DNA of 64,000 bases from Ginglymostoma cirratum (GCA_024137785.1 JAHRHZ010000032.1:12404660-12468659), one strand, 5' to 3'; shown: positions 11,076-24,999, numbered from the stretch's first letter. The notes: a model not told the origin generated them from the sequence alone. Numbers and translations: made by a program.

Positions 11076-13159
11076 ACATTTCTCCTTGCCCTTGCTCAAT
11101 AGCATTGACGCTACTCTTAGATATACTTTCCATCTTTTTAAAGAGTTCATGAACATAGAATTTCCCTTTTATTTCTGAGAAGCTATTTCACATACCTAGT
11201 ACTTTACTGCAGGAAGTACTTTCTCTTGTGCTGCCTCTTGGGACTTAGTAAGCTTGCATTCTCTATTTTTGTCATCCTGCTCTAATATATTGCTTCTTAT
11301 AAATTTAAAGAACAATTCCTATCTGCTTTTAATCTTTATTTTCTTTAACAGAAATAACTCAATTCTGTAAATATTCTGGTGACATTTTAATTTGAAGATG
11401 GTCTCCCCTGTAATTCCCAGAGTAACAGCAACTTTCCACTACTGTTAAGTCACAACTTGCCTGTAAAAGTCATTGATATCCATGTAATGGATCCTGTGTA
11501 ATATGAGATTTTGACACATGGAAGGTCTGAAGATCATGAAGCAAGGATTCTTTATTCCCCTCATAACAAGTCATTACAAACAGGAATGAAAATTAAGGAT
11601 GAACAAGGAACTGTGTACAGTATGTACATGGAACAAAGCCTGGCATTTCATTAGGCTGAAGAGACCTCTGTCTCCTTCCCATTAACCTCTCCTTCTACCA
11701 AATGCCCCTTTTCTTTCCAGCTAGCGTCCATTAGACTTCTCCTGTTACCTTCAGAATCACCACCTGCTGGTTGAGGTCCTGGCATTTGCTCAACTCCCTT
11801 ACTCAGTGCCCTCCATCACTGGCACCAACTGCTGCTGGAAACCCAACTACACATGTCACCAAGACAGGTGCCACTTGCACATGTATACAGTTGCACCTTG
11901 CTCCTCATGAGAACCTGTAGCTACATTTTACAGTATCTTTTGTCACATGCTGGCTCCAGAGGAACTGTATGCCAAATACATTTGGCGATATGGCAATAGC
12001 TACAGCTTTTGCTGAGCATCCAATTACCTTAGAAACAGAAAATTGTACAATTGATCTTGACTTCTTTAAGTTAGAAGGAATTTATTTTTTTTTCTCCAAA
12101 GTTATGGACATTGTTAGAACTAAAATTTCTTGGGTACTGTTTTCTTTTCTTTGACTTTGAAAGAAGTCCAATGGCAACCTAAAACAAAAACTGGGTTTGT
12201 GTCGACATTCCAGCCTTCCAATATTGGTCACGTTTTTGAGCATGCTATTCTGCCTATTCCTAAAATTTGGGACGGGGCAAACATTTTTTGGACAGTTGGA
12301 TATTTGGCCCTACATGCCTGGCATACTGTCTTCTTTGCTTGACTACCTGTTGACTGTACAAGCACCGTTTTCTTTTCTCTCATACGTTTTAAATTCCCTT
12401 ATAATTATGTCATATGGATCCTTAGGGAATGAAGACATGCTCTGGGAATAATTTTATCTTACTGAGCAAAGACTAAGAAGACACATTTTCCATTAATTAT
12501 GCACAAGCAGCTGGTGACTGGACGATCTTTACATTTTGCATTACTCCTGCTTTGCTATAGTTATCGTATGATATGAAGTCTAAGTCATCCATGAGGCAGA
12601 AGAAAGGTGCTGACCATCAAAACAGCTGAGGCTAATATTATGTTAGTACTCATGTACCATTACTATCATTCCTATCCTCCTTTCTGCTTCATTAGAGTAA
12701 GTTAAACCATTTTCTTTCTTTTTCAATGTACCCTAGAAACTATTAGTTATTTCGTGAAATTCTTATTTAAATGCTGAAGCCGTTGTTAATCCCATTGCTG
12801 TTCTTTCTAATTATTTGTGATCGGTAGTGAATCAATGAAGACCTCTGTTTTATATATGACAGCCTGAGCTGATTTCCAGCAAGCCTGAATGTCTGAGCTT
12901 CAGGTTCTGGTGTGTGATTTCTATCCATGAGACTGAATTTCTGGCCTCAGCCAGCATGCATGAAATCAGAGAATAGCAAGGCATAGAAAGATACACAATA
13001 GAGGCCTTTAGGGACCGGTGAGCCTGGAGGGACTGACGTTTTTCATCACCCTGATAATGTTATTTTGATTTAATTTTGATAAGTTTCAATTGTCCTCTTG
13101 ACCTTTTGTTACAGTTGCCCTCCAGGGGCTGTCTAAATCATTATTGTTCATTACAAACT

Positions 13160-13570
13160 CATAATAAAAAGAGCAGAAAGAGTCCATTCAATCCATCTGG
13201 TCCACAGCAATCCTTTCAAAGACCAATCCAATTACACCAAATCCTTATTTGTTCCCCATACACCTGCAATTTGTTTTCTTCAAATATATATCCAATTCCC
13301 TCTTGAAAGTGAATATTGAATCAATACAGCATCCTGTTGGGCACCGCATTCCAAATTCTACCCATTCACTTCAATAATTGTTCCTCATGCTCCTTCTTGT
13401 TCTTTAGCCAGTTATAGTTAAATCATTGTCCCTTGGTTATTGACTCTTCAACTATTGGAATTGAAATAAATAAAGATGAAAAATCTAAACCCTTCACCAT
13501 TTGAAATGCTTCTATCAATCTTCTCTTAGTTGTGTCTCCTCTGAGTTGGGCAACTCCAAATTCTCCAGGT
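13160..13570 (-). mobile_element. Decayed CR1 3' end
   Basis: GCATTCCAAATTCTACCCATTCAC, GTCCCTTGGTTATTGAC: reverse complement of the CR1 ORF2 terminus and 3' UTR. Confidence 0.6.
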
Positions 13571-14749
13571 GGGATTCTAGGCTCCCAGCTGGTGCTTACA
13601 TGTGAGGTAGAATATGTGTTGCTGAAAGCCTATGAAAAAGCCCTTTCTGGGTTTGCAGGTTCTGGCCCAGATATCAATGGCTCCCAGAATTTTGGATACT
13701 TTTCCACCAAGGTGGTACTCCTTTATAACACTACGAAGCAATATGACAATCACTGGATGCTTAGAAATCTCACGACTGCGGGGTTGTTGCAGGTGATCAT
13801 TCCATCAATACATCTCCTGGTGCGATCTCAGAGCTGAAGAAATTGCTCTAAGCTGGCTGCAGCAACAAGTCATTTACAATGTCCTTTTGTTCATATGTCT
13901 TATTTTTGCTATAACTGTGCCATATAAGGTAATACCTTCTTTTGCTTTCTACGAGTTTTGTAATTGCGTCACTGTCCTGTTGAAAGTGATGGCTAGACTT
14001 ATTTTTTCTGGGTCCTTTCTACAGGTTATATTTGAATTAACACAAGCAGTCGATCCAAGGTGTTGTTTGTAATATGATGGAATGTGGGACACAGTTTAAT
14101 GATCACAGAAATAACGTCCTTCCCAGATCAAGGACAGTTATAAATATTTGGCAAGAATACGCATATTTCCTCACTCTATCTTCTTGTTATCATACTAATG
14201 ATGCAGGTGTTTGGTTGTTTGATACTAGTTTCCTCTTTGATCTTTATCCATAACATGCAGCACGAGATACACCCAGCACACAACAGGCTCACCAAAACCA
14301 GTGTACGTACATGAATAGGAAAGAAACAAAAGCATGGGTACCCAATTCAAAGTGATTAACACAATACAAGTATCCAATAAAACATTGGCTTATAGAGCTT
14401 TTGTGCATGGTCTTGTGATCCTAGCTACTGCTTTGAAAGACAGAATGAATTGAAATATGGCTCTGATTTTTATCAATTGGAAGGACAGACCAACATTGGA
14501 CAGAAATGTTTATGGCTAGCAAGCACCAATAACCTACAGGACTTCTGCCTGAATTCATGGGTAGAGCTAATTGAGTAACAACCAACGGGACCTGTAAAGG
14601 AAGGAAGCCTGCTCTAAGAGGTGCCAGCTCAATCAGAGGTCCAGTAGCTCAGCAGCGCCATGAGGAGCAGTGGTCATTTCTCAGGCAGATTGGGAATAAA
14701 CCTATAGAAAGGACTTTACATTTTATTTTGTTAAATATACTGGAACTCC

Positions 14750-15320
14750 CACCCTGAAAGCATTATAACTGCACCTTCACTACACGCACTACAATGATTC
14801 AAGAAGGCAGCTCACCACCTTCTCAAGAGCAACTAGGATGAGCAGTAAGTGCTGAGCTAGCCAGTATTATCTTTTTTGAAAATCACAATACAACAGCCAA
14901 GGGATATTTTATTTTTCCCTCTTGGGATATCCAAGAATAACTCAGGCATGCTGGAGAGAATTTTAATACTCTCACAAACATCCAGAGGTACTGGATTCAG
15001 GTTTGGATCACACCATGACAGAGAGTGAAATTTGAATCCTATAATATCTGGCCTAATGGAAGCTATGTAATAGTGGCATTATCAATTGTTGTGAAATAAC
15101 CTAGCTGATTCATGAATGGCATTTAGAGAATGAAACCTGCTGCCTATGCCTGGTTTGACCTACCAGTAAATCCACACTCACAGCAATATGATGACTCTTA
15201 AAAGCTCTTGGAAGTGGCCTAGCAAGCCATTCAATTCAAGGGCAATTAAGAATGGGCAACAAATGCCAGTCTTGCCAGTGATTGATGACTACATCCCACA
15301 CAAGCATTAAAAGAAAAGAT
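14750..15320 (+). mobile_element. LINE tail fragment followed by a decayed tRNA-SINE of the 2464 family
   Basis: TTCAAGAAGGCAGCTCACCACCTTCTCAAG tail; GGCCTAGCAAGCCATTCAATTCAAGGGCAATTAAGAATGGGCAACAAATGCC. Confidence 0.6.
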
Positions 15321-15894
15321 ATATAACGCTAGGTTTTTCTTCTTGAATTTGTGCTAAATTGTATCAATCAAATCCTAATTTCACAAAAGCACCAACAAAA
15401 GTGACCATACAAATCTAAATAAAAGTTGATGTCTGCCTTTTCACAGGACTTTTAGACTGAAAATGCAGCCTAGTATTGTATCCAATGAAAGAAGGCGCTA
15501 ATTCAAAGTGATGTGAGCTCAGCTTAAACTCAGAAAAGTGATACGAACAGTATAATTGAGTCATAGCTATCATTACCAAATCAGTTGTGCCTGTCATAAA
15601 TCCTATGGCTGTCTAAAGTAATACATGTGCAAAATGTTCACCAAGTTTGTCTGTTGTCTTTTATTTTTGTGCACTATTACATTCTGTGAACTGGGGTCCC
15701 TGGCATAATAGCAACTGTAACATTTTCCTGGTGTTGTGACTTGCAGTTAGTTTCCTTCATCTATTCAGCATTAGAAAAATGAAGAATACATAAATAATAA
15801 ATCTATTTCCCATAAGCTTTATTATAATAAGATAACGATTAAGGTATATAATTGGAACTGAAAGAAAGTGACTCAGATTTGAGCCACATACTTT

Positions 15895-17062
15895 TGTTTT
15901 TCTGTTCATTTGTGGGATGTGGGCATTGCTGGCTGGCCAACATTTCTTGCCCATTCTTAGTTGCCCTTGAGACGGTGGTGGTGAGCTGCCTTCTTGAATT
16001 GCTGCAGTCCTCCTGATGTTGGTTGACCCAGAATGATTTTAGGGAGGGAATTCCAGGATTTTGACCCAGCGGCAGTGAGGGAATGGTGATATATTTCCAA
16101 GTCAGGATGGTGAGTGGCTTGGCGGGGAACTTGGAGGTGGTGGTGTTCCCATATGTCTGATCTCTTGGCCTTCTAGATCGAAGTGGTGGTAGGTTTGGAA
16201 GATCCTGTCTGAGGATCTTTGGTGAATTTCTGCAGTGCATCTTGTGGATAGTACATACTGCTGCTACTGAGCGTCGGTGGTGGAGGGAGTGGATGCTTGT
16301 GGATGTAGTGCTAATCAAGCTGGCTGCTTTGTCCTGGATGGTGTCAAGTTTCTTGAGTGTTGCTGGAGCTGTACTCATCCAGGCAAATGGGGAGTATTCC
16401 ATTGCTCTCCCGACTTGTGCCTTGTAGATGGTGGACATGCTTTGAGGGGTCAGGAGGTGAGTTACTCACTGCAGTATTCCTAGCTTCTGGCCTGCTCTTG
16501 TAGCCACTGTGTTAATGTGGTCAGTCCAGTTGAGTTTCTGGTCAATGAAAACTCCCAGGGTGTTGATAGTGGGGGATTCAGTGATGGTAACACCATTGAA
16601 TGCCAAAGAGTGGTGGTTAGATTGTCTCTTATTGGTGATGGTCATAACCTGCCATTTGTGTGGCATGAATGTCACTTGCCACTTGTCAGCCCAAACCTGG
16701 ATATTATCCAGATCTTGTTGCAGTTGAAAATGGGCTTTTTCAGTATCTGAGGAGTCACGAATGGTGCTGAACATTGTGCAATCATCGACGAACATCCCTG
16801 CTTCTGACCTTATGATGGAGGGAAGGTCATTGACGAAGCAGTTGAAAATGGTTACCCTGAGGAACTCCTGCAGAGATGTCCTGGAGCTGAGATGATTGAC
16901 CTCCAATAACCACGGCCATCTTCCTATGTGTCAAGACTGACTCCAACCATCAGAGAGGTTTCCCCCAATACCCATTGATTCCAGTTTTTCCAGGCCTCAT
17001 TGATGCCACACTCAGATGAAGGCAGCATCAATATCAACAGCTGTCACTCCACCTCACTCTAT
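15895..17062 (-). mobile_element. CR1-superfamily LINE, 5'-truncated ORF2 (RT C-terminal half) plus 3' UTR, frameshifted
   Basis: ORFs 16466-16906 (FNCFVNDLPS..MFVDDCT..LQQDLDNIQVWADKWQVTF..LGVFIDQKLNW) and 15839-16438 (YKAQVG..MEY..LDTIQDKAA..SLHHRRSVAAVC). Confidence 0.9.
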
Positions 17063-17399
17063 TCCTGTAAGATGCTGGTTAAAATACACTTGTGTGATCA
17101 TGTGGTTGACTCACCTTTACTATTGTTTTCTTCTTTTGCTCAGTTTCAATTTTTGTTTCATTATGCTTAGGTGAAACCTTTTTACTGTGAAAACACCACG
17201 ATTCAAATGCAAGTTATTGTTGTTATTAGTTAGTTAGGGGAAATTGCAACTCTAAGATTGAGTGTATGAGAAGCTGTGCAATAGTACAAATGCAGTGGAG
17301 AGATTGAGAGACAGGACTATTTTTTATCAGTACATGTGTGGTTAATTTGTTGTCTTTTGACAAGATATTCGAAATGTCTACAGTGACCCAGTACTGCCA

Positions 17400-19912
17400 A
17401 CCCTGCAAAGTGCTCCCTTACTAACATCTGAGTGTTTGTGCCAAAAACTGGAATAGCTGTTCCACAGACTAATCAAGCAAAAGACTGACGTAATCATTCT
17501 GATGAAATCACACATTTGAGATAATGTCCTGGAAACTGTCAGCATCATCCCTGGGTGTATTCTATCTCATGGGCAAAAGTGATGTCACGCTGGTATACAA
17601 ACCCCATGAAGACTCATGCATCAGGTCAAACATGGACAAGGAATCTCCTGCTGACTACCAATTACCTTCCACCCCACCCTCCCCAGTTGATGATTCACCA
17701 CTATCTCTCCAAAATACTTACAAATACATAATTTAGGAGGAGAAGTAGGCCATCTGGCCCTTCAAGCCTGCTCCACTATTCAATAAGATTGTAGTTGATT
17801 GGTTTTATGTTCTAAATCACACATTCCCAACTATTTCCAATAATTTTTGATTCCCTTGCCAAACAAGAATCTATCACCACCTCAAAAATATCCAATGACC
17901 CCACCACCTCAAAAATATCCAATGACCCTGCCTCCAATGCCTTCTGAACCAGACAAGTTCCAAAGTCACACAAATCTCAAAGAGAAAAAAAAAATCTTCT
18001 CAAGTGACTCCCAATTTTAAACAGTGTTCCCTTGTTCTGAGCTAACACACAAGAAATATTCTGTTCACGTCCACATTGCCAAGACCACTCAGCATCCTAC
18101 AAACTTCGAACAAATCACCGCTCACTTGTTTAAACACCATTATAAATGAATCCAGCTGGTCTAATACTTCTTCATTAAAACATTACCCTTTCTATGTATT
18201 AATCTAGTAAAATTCCTCTGAACCATCTCCAATGCAATTACACCCTTTTTTAAGTAAAGAGACTAAAACTGTACATCAGATTCAAGATGTCATTTCTCCA
18301 GTGTCCTATATAATTGAAACATAACATTATTGTCATAACATTCAATTTATCTCACCATCAGGACTTTACAAATATATCACCTTTCCTTCATTGTCACCTG
18401 GTCATCCTGGAATTCCTCCCTCACTGTATTGTGGGTGTACCAATATCAAATGATGGTATCCTCAAGGAGGAAGTTTATCACCATATTTTCAAGGGCAATT
18501 AGGGATGGGCAATAAATGCTGACTGAACCAGCAAAGATCAGATTACTTGAAAGAATTTTTAAAAAAAATTCTGTGCTCCTTCAAATTGAATACCACTTGG
18601 AGAAAACACTGGGTGGGCAATGGCCTAACATGTATGCTGGGAGTGTGTTGTGGAAGAGTTGATGACAGTGCTATCAGTCAGCACTTGCTCAGTGAATTGT
18701 TCACTGATGCTCAGTTTGGATTGTGACAGGTCTGCTCACTTCCTGATCGTGTTACAATCTCGGTCCAAAGATGAACAAAACAGCTGAACTTCAAATGTGG
18801 GTGAGATGATTGCTTTGACATCAAGACAGGATTTGACTGAGAGTGGCATCAGGGATCCCTAGTAAAACTGGAGGGGGAAAGCTCATACCTAGCACAAAGG
18901 AAGATTGTTATAGTTGTTAGAGGTTAACCAACTCTGACGCAGGACTGAACTGCAGGATTTGCTCAGGACAGTGTCCTGAACTCAACTATCTTCAGCCCCT
19001 TAAAATTGACCTTCCCTCCAAAGGAAGGTGGGTAGTGGGAAATGACTGGTGTTTGTACAATGTTTAGCACTATTTGTGACCCATCATATACTGAAACAGT
19101 TTGTGGTCACCTGTAACAAGATCTGGACAACATCCAGGTTTAAGCTGACAAGTCGCAAGTAACAAACATTCCACAGAAATGCCAGACAGTAACCATTTCC
19201 AACAAGAGAGAATCTGACCATCATCTAACATACAACGGCATTCCTATCAATAAAACTCAACAATTATCATCTGGGGAGTTACCAAACCGGACTAGCGCTA
19301 CACATACTACGGCCACAAAATCAGGTCAGAGGTTGGGAATCCTGTCATGATTAACTCACTCTGTAATCCACACCTCAGAGCTTTTAAACCATCTGTAAAA
19401 TACAAGTCAGAATTGTGATCAAACACTTTCACTTGCCTGGATAAATGCAGTTCCAAAAGTATTCAAAAGGATTGACAACTTTGAGGACAAACCTGACCAA
19501 TTGGCTCCTCATTCCAACATGTTTCACATTCACTCATTTTACCATCAATGCACTATGGTAGTAGTGGCTACCATGCAGAAATTCACTGCATTTAATGACT
19601 AATGGACCTGCGACAGCAAATGCCAAACCCACAGCCTCTAAAACCTAGAAGGACATGGGCAGAAAAGACACCACCACCTGCAAGTTCCCCTCTAAGTCAC
19701 ACACTACCTGACTTGGAAATACGTTGCCATCTTTCATTGCCACTGCACCTTAATCCTGAAGCTCACTTCCTCACAGCACCATGGGTGCACCTGGACCACA
19801 AGGTTTGCAGTAGTTCAACAAGGCAGTTAACAACAGCTTTTCAAACACAAAGGATTGGGCAGTAAATGCTGGCTTAACCAGTGAAGCCCACATTCCACAA
19901 ATGAATAAAAAT
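17400..19912 (+). mobile_element. Older, internally deleted copy of the same LINE family (endonuclease region to 3' tail), interrupted by later insertions
   Basis: Endonuclease-region remnant 17490-17710. RT remnant 18660-19560 (GACATCAAGACAGGATTTGAC, CAAGATCTGGACAACATCCAGG). Tail GGGCAGTAAATGCTGGC..GCCCACATTCCACAAATGAATAAAAA. Confidence 0.75.
17725..18340 (-). mobile_element. CR1 (HER1-type) 3' fragment nested in the LINE above
   Basis: GTAGGCCATCTGGCCCTTCAAGCCTGCTCCAC reverse tail; AAGTTCCAAAGTCACAC; 27-bp internal tandem duplication at 17875-17928. Confidence 0.7.
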
Positions 19913-21792
19913 GGCATAACAAAACATTTTGAAAATCTTGTTTCTCACAATATTAAACTTTATCTTCTATCTGAAGCATTGTGCTGTATGATTAAAGCAT
20001 TGGATCGTGTTATTACAATTATAACAGCTATTCTAATGAGCCTCTTCACTTCTAACCATTTACCAGACATAACTGGCAATCCATTATTTTTATGCCACTT
20101 TAAGGTGGACTGTAACAAATCTGGTGTCACTTTCCACGTTCTCGGAAATTTTGAACACATATCAAGAATTGATTTGTACATATTTAACAAGGTAACAATA
20201 CAGCATTCACTGAATTTATAACTTACAGCCAAACCTCTTAATTTTGCTTATTGCCTGTTCCCCCGGTTTTAGTGCCTATTATGTATAAATTGAAGTAAAA
20301 TCCAGACTCCAATCATATTGCTCAAATTTTCTGTAGTATTCTTTATCAGGATGTATCCAATGAACTTTTGTATGGTTTCTTGCATAGTTACACTTCCCAA
20401 TACAAAACACTAAAAAAAAAGCAAAACTATAGTTTGAATATTTAAAAGCAAAGGGAAAGGAGAAGACAATGAAGCTCCTTTTATTATTTCCTTCAGAAAA
20501 TGCTAACCTTGTCAAATTTAGTTGATACTAAAGTAGGAGTTAATTACTCCAGGCACTCAGCCAGGTAATAGTACTGTAATACGATTATGCTATTATGTGA
20601 AGAGCATGAAAATGCATGAAAATGTCAATAAATAACAGCTGTTACTTCTTACGTGGTATTTTTTTCTTTAAAAATGTCTCTCCTGAATTAACAACAGTAA
20701 TATTCAATCATCATCTGTTCCAAACAACGAAGTACATAAAGTTGTCAGTCTATTGCAAAATTTTGAATATTAAAAGTCCACCACAATTTTTATGTTTAAA
20801 TGCTTTAATTTTTAGGATAATTATCAGAGCTATGGAAAGATGATGCTTTTAACATTTCTGGCATATGTGACAGCTAGTGTTTTTTAATGGATTTTAATTT
20901 CAGTCCTTTTGTTTCCATTAAACAATATAATTTGTACATCATACTCTACGTCAAATGCTGCAGCACTCTATTTCTATAAATGTAGTGCCAACACATTATG
21001 ACCTCCTAGAATTTATAATCATAAGTGTTAGGCTCTTGGCCTAATATTCTATTACGATTCTGGTCCATAAATCTATGTTGAAACTGAAAGCATAATAATG
21101 CAACTAAGCGACCATATTGAACATGATTCATCCTTAGCCTATTCTCGGCAGGTAAGTGAATAATCAGCACAGTGCAATGTCATGTGCATGTCAAAATACA
21201 CACATCTGCCACAGTTGCCAATGGTGAATCTCAGGTCTTAATTTTCTTCTCCACACAATTGTAGTGTATTAGCTCAAATGTAAGTATGAAGTTCAAATTT
21301 CTTCCTCACAAGATGTTTTAATGAGCTTACTTTTTCTGTATAGATTCAATTTTAAAAGGTTAGAATTTTCCAAAGGAAATAATTAATGCAGTTCATTGCT
21401 CTTTGCATATTATATTTAAAATAATAATTTTTCATACTTTTGGATTATTGGAATTGAAGTGATTACAATGCAAGAAACTATATAAAAGTTCATTATACAC
21501 AATTTCTTCATTGCTCCAAATTCCTTCTGTTTAACAAAATGTTCCCGACTGCTGATACGAGTCAATTACATTCCCTAACAGATTAGGTATTCAAAATCAA
21601 CTCCACCCAATGGGGTATTTAGGGAAATAATTTCATAGTTTTCTTTGAAAAATTCAAGATTTTGGAGAATGTCATCTATTGAGTCAAGCTAACAATCCAG
21701 GAGAGAGACTTCCTTGCTTTGGATTCAATGGGGGACGCAATTGGCACTAAATTGGAGTTCCTTATCAATAAAACTGTATAGTTTCTTCGTCA

Positions 21793-21990
21793 CAAAAAAC
21801 AGAAATCGATGGAGAAACTCAGCAGGTCTGGCAGAATCTGTGGGCAGAAAGCAGAGTTAATGTTTCGGGCCCAGTGACCCTTCTTCATTCTCTGCTTTCT
21901 CTCGTCAGATACTGCTAGATTTGTTGAGTTTCTCCAGCAATTTCTGTTTTTGTTTCAGATATTCATCACCCGCAGACTTTATTTTTGTTT
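21793..21990. mobile_element. PLE pseudo-LTR fold-back element
   Basis: AAAACAGAAAT..GGAGAAACTCAGCAGGTCTGGCAG / CTGCTAGATTTGTTGAGTTTCTCCAGCAATTTCTGTTTT inverted arms; minus-strand TGAAGAAGGGTCACTGGGCCCGAAAC hammerhead remnant. Confidence 0.75.
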
Positions 21991-23499
21991 TTGTATTTTA
22001 TTGTTTTCTGAAAATTGTTTTTTTAAAATTAAATTTGTTCCCTTTCTCTCATTATCTCCTGAAAACTATGTATCATGCAAGACCATAGTGCATCAAATAG
22101 CTTTTCAGTAGCTCCTGAAAGTTGCCATTGCTCTTGTCAGCACATTTAGGCAGCTTTCAGTTCAGCCTGTACCTTTACTCAATGCTCCCCACGCAGGTTC
22201 AAACAGAGGAATAACTAGAAAATGATTAAAGCCAGCAACTTTGCTTGACCAACTCCAGAGATGAAGGAGGACAATGACAATATAAAGTGAAATTCCTCAT
22301 CACCGAACACATTCCTTCACTATAACTAGTCAGTGTGAAGTCAGAAATTTATCCACAAGCTTGTAGATGAACAACAAAATTTAATTTTTCTCGGGTAACA
22401 ACAACTAAACCTACTCAACATCTAGTCATGTATAAATAGGTAAACCCATGATAAAGGTAGGTAAAGCTTTTTTAAAAAAATCGCAGGTTAATTTGTTGAA
22501 GATATGCCCTTTACTGATGACACAGCTCCAGAAGAGAATCATTCATGCAGATCCAGTTAAAAGGCAGCTGTAAATGTCAGAATCCTGTCTTCCTGTTCCT
22601 CATTCTAGTAGTTTGTACCAACATAGTTTACAATATTCTGAGGGCATTTGACAGCAGATTCATTAAACCTGGTGCTAAACAAATAAAACGTTGACAAAGA
22701 GATAGTGATTTTGGTTAGAACTCTGAATTTGAGAAAAGGCAATAAACAAATTTATAAAGAATAAATTTTTGACCACATCCTTTTTCAGTGATTGACTGTC
22801 TAAGCTCACAAGCCAGTCATTCATTGTTCTGCTTTCAGCTTTAAAAGGCATATAAGTTCCATCTGTGTTTTGCAATATTAAATTAATGGAGGTGTATTAA
22901 TATCAAACTTATTCAGCTGTCATAAAGCTAGTGTTTTGCTTTACAATGAGATGATTTTTTTAAAATGTGAAAATACATGTTAATATCCATCATTTTATGG
23001 AAAAAGATTGCAATAAGCCCTGATGGCACAGCTGAGACTTCATCTCCTACGAGTGAGGAGAATATTTTTCAACTACATTTTTACTGGAGTTTTAAATCAC
23101 TTATGGAAACTAACATACAACTTGACAAGCGCACATGACTTCACAAATCGAAGAAAATGAAAGCCTTGATCTTGAATTATCATGCAAAATTACAGAATAA
23201 ATCAAGATTCCTCCAAAACTGAGTGATTTGTGATGCAAGTCTGGTATTTACAAAACGTTTCGGAGCTAATGATAACTGAATTGAGAAAATGGCAATAACA
23301 CATCTCCACAACCTAAAGTCATGCTTCTCTGAAACCCAATCTCTCCTTCCTCCGAAATTATATAGAATAAAACATCATTCAGATGAAGCATGTGTGCCTG
23401 TCCTTGAAATCAATGTGTATTTGACTGAGGATGGTAGCAAAGAGTGCTAGGAAAATTGAAGTTGAATGAATGAATGAATACATGATTTTAAATGAAGGA

Positions 23500-23760
23500 T
23501 TTTATTGTCATATGTATCTTACAAGGAGAAAATCTGTAAAATACAGTGAAAAGCTTTTCCACCCTCACCACAATCTAGCACCTTTTTGATAAGTTCAAAG
23601 AATGAGAGAAAAGATATTGCTTAAAGATAGTCCATCATTCCTGATCTTATCATCAACGATGTCTGTGCTGCCACCCCTCATCCATTGCCTTGCTGCCATC
23701 TACACTGGATCCAATTAAGATGACATTGCCATTCTTCAGGCGCCATCTTCAAAAGTGCCT
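23500..23760 (-). mobile_element. 3' part of a non-coding retroposon family (see also 26508 and 55740)
   Basis: TTTATTGTCATATGTA..ATACAGTGAAAAGC.. shared with the two other copies; minus strand ends in TGACAATAAA. Confidence 0.5.
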
Positions 23761-23879
23761 TCCACCCCACTTTGTGAAGTGAATGATCGGCTCCTTCATT
23801 TTGCTGATTTTAATGGAGAATTTGTTGTCTTTACACCATTTGTTTCACCCGTCCGGGCATCTGGAAAGGATTCTGTCAC

Positions 23880-24708
23880 ACTCCTGACCTCTCTCTTGAG
23901 GACAGGCACTATGGAGATAAGAGGTGAATGACTCACCGCAGGGAACCTAATCTCTGACTTGCTCTTGTAGCCACAGTATTGATATGACTGGTCCGCTTTA
24001 ACTTCTGGTCAATGGTAGCCTCCAGGATATTGATAGTGGGGATTCAACAATGGTAGTGCCATTGAACATCAAGGGATGGTTGTCAGATTCTCTCTTGTTG
24101 GATTGGTCAATGTCTGGCACTTGTGTGGTATGAATGTTACTTGTCACTTCTTGTGGCCTTGTTACGTATGGCCACTGATGGCTTCAGTATCTAAGGATTA
24201 GCAATTAGGACTGAAAGTCATGCAATATTAGCAAACATCCCCAAGCTTGGAGGCAAGAGTGCATTATTAGTTTCTAAAAGGGCATTTTAACTGAAATATT
24301 ATTAATTTAAACTTTAAGCCTTTGATCTCTGTTTCTAGTGCCCCTTTTAAGGGGCTGGCACCCTTCAATCTGATTAGATTTAGCTTATTTGATTTAATTG
24401 ATTTAATTTGATCCAGCTGATCTAAATGGCTAAACAAAACCCTTCACTTCTGTCCTTATGATAGAAGGAAGGTCATCGATGAAGCAGTGGAAGATGCCTA
24501 GAACTGAGGAACTCCTGAAGAGATGCCCTGCTGTTGAGATGATTGACCACCAACAACCACAACTATTTTCTTTTGTGCTTGGAATTCCTCCAACCAGTGG
24601 AGACATTTTCCCCTGACTCCTGTTGATTCCAGTTTTGTTCACACACCTAGTCAAATTCTGCTTTAATGCCAAAGGCAGTCATTCTCATCTCACCTCTGGG
24701 GTTCAGCT
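23880..24708 (-). mobile_element. CR1-superfamily LINE fragment (family of 15895-17062), with an unrelated insert at ~24243-24440
   Basis: Collinear with 16440-17060 (GCTCTTGTAGCCACAGT..TTCTGGTCAATG..GAATGTTACTTGTCAC..GGAAGGTCATCGATGAAGCAG); ORF fragment FHCFIDDLPSIIR. Confidence 0.8.
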
Positions 24709-24999
24709 TCCTACAGACAAAGGGGGTGGCCATGGGTACCTGCATGGGCCCAAGCTATGCCTGCCTCTTTGTAGGTTATGTGGAACAATCCCTCTTCCGT
24801 ACCTACACTGGCCCTAAACCCCACCTCTTCCTCCGTTACATTGATGACTGCATCGGCGCCGCCTCGTGCTCCCACGAGGAGCTCGAACAGTTCATCCAAT
24901 TCACCAACACCTTCCACCCCAACCTGAAGTTCACCTGGACCATCTCCAACACTTCTCTCTCCTTCCTGGACCTCTCTGTCTCCATCTCGGGCAACCACC
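24708..24999 (+). mobile_element. Penelope-like element reverse transcriptase, 5'-truncated, running into a gap
   Basis: Open frame FLQTKGVAMGTCMGPSYACLFVG..FLRYIDDCIG..FHPNLKFT..SLSFLDLSV: PLE RT motifs (QxxGxxMG, RYIDD, FLDL). Confidence 0.9.

Noticed and set aside
11830-12020. Possible Harbinger transposase (HARBI1-like) remnants here, at 13560-13850 and at 55080-55680
   Set aside because: Only vague resemblance; no catalytic DDE motif can be read
17875-17928. 27-bp tandem duplication
   Set aside because: Ordinary slippage inside a dead CR1; only two units, so not CRISPR-like
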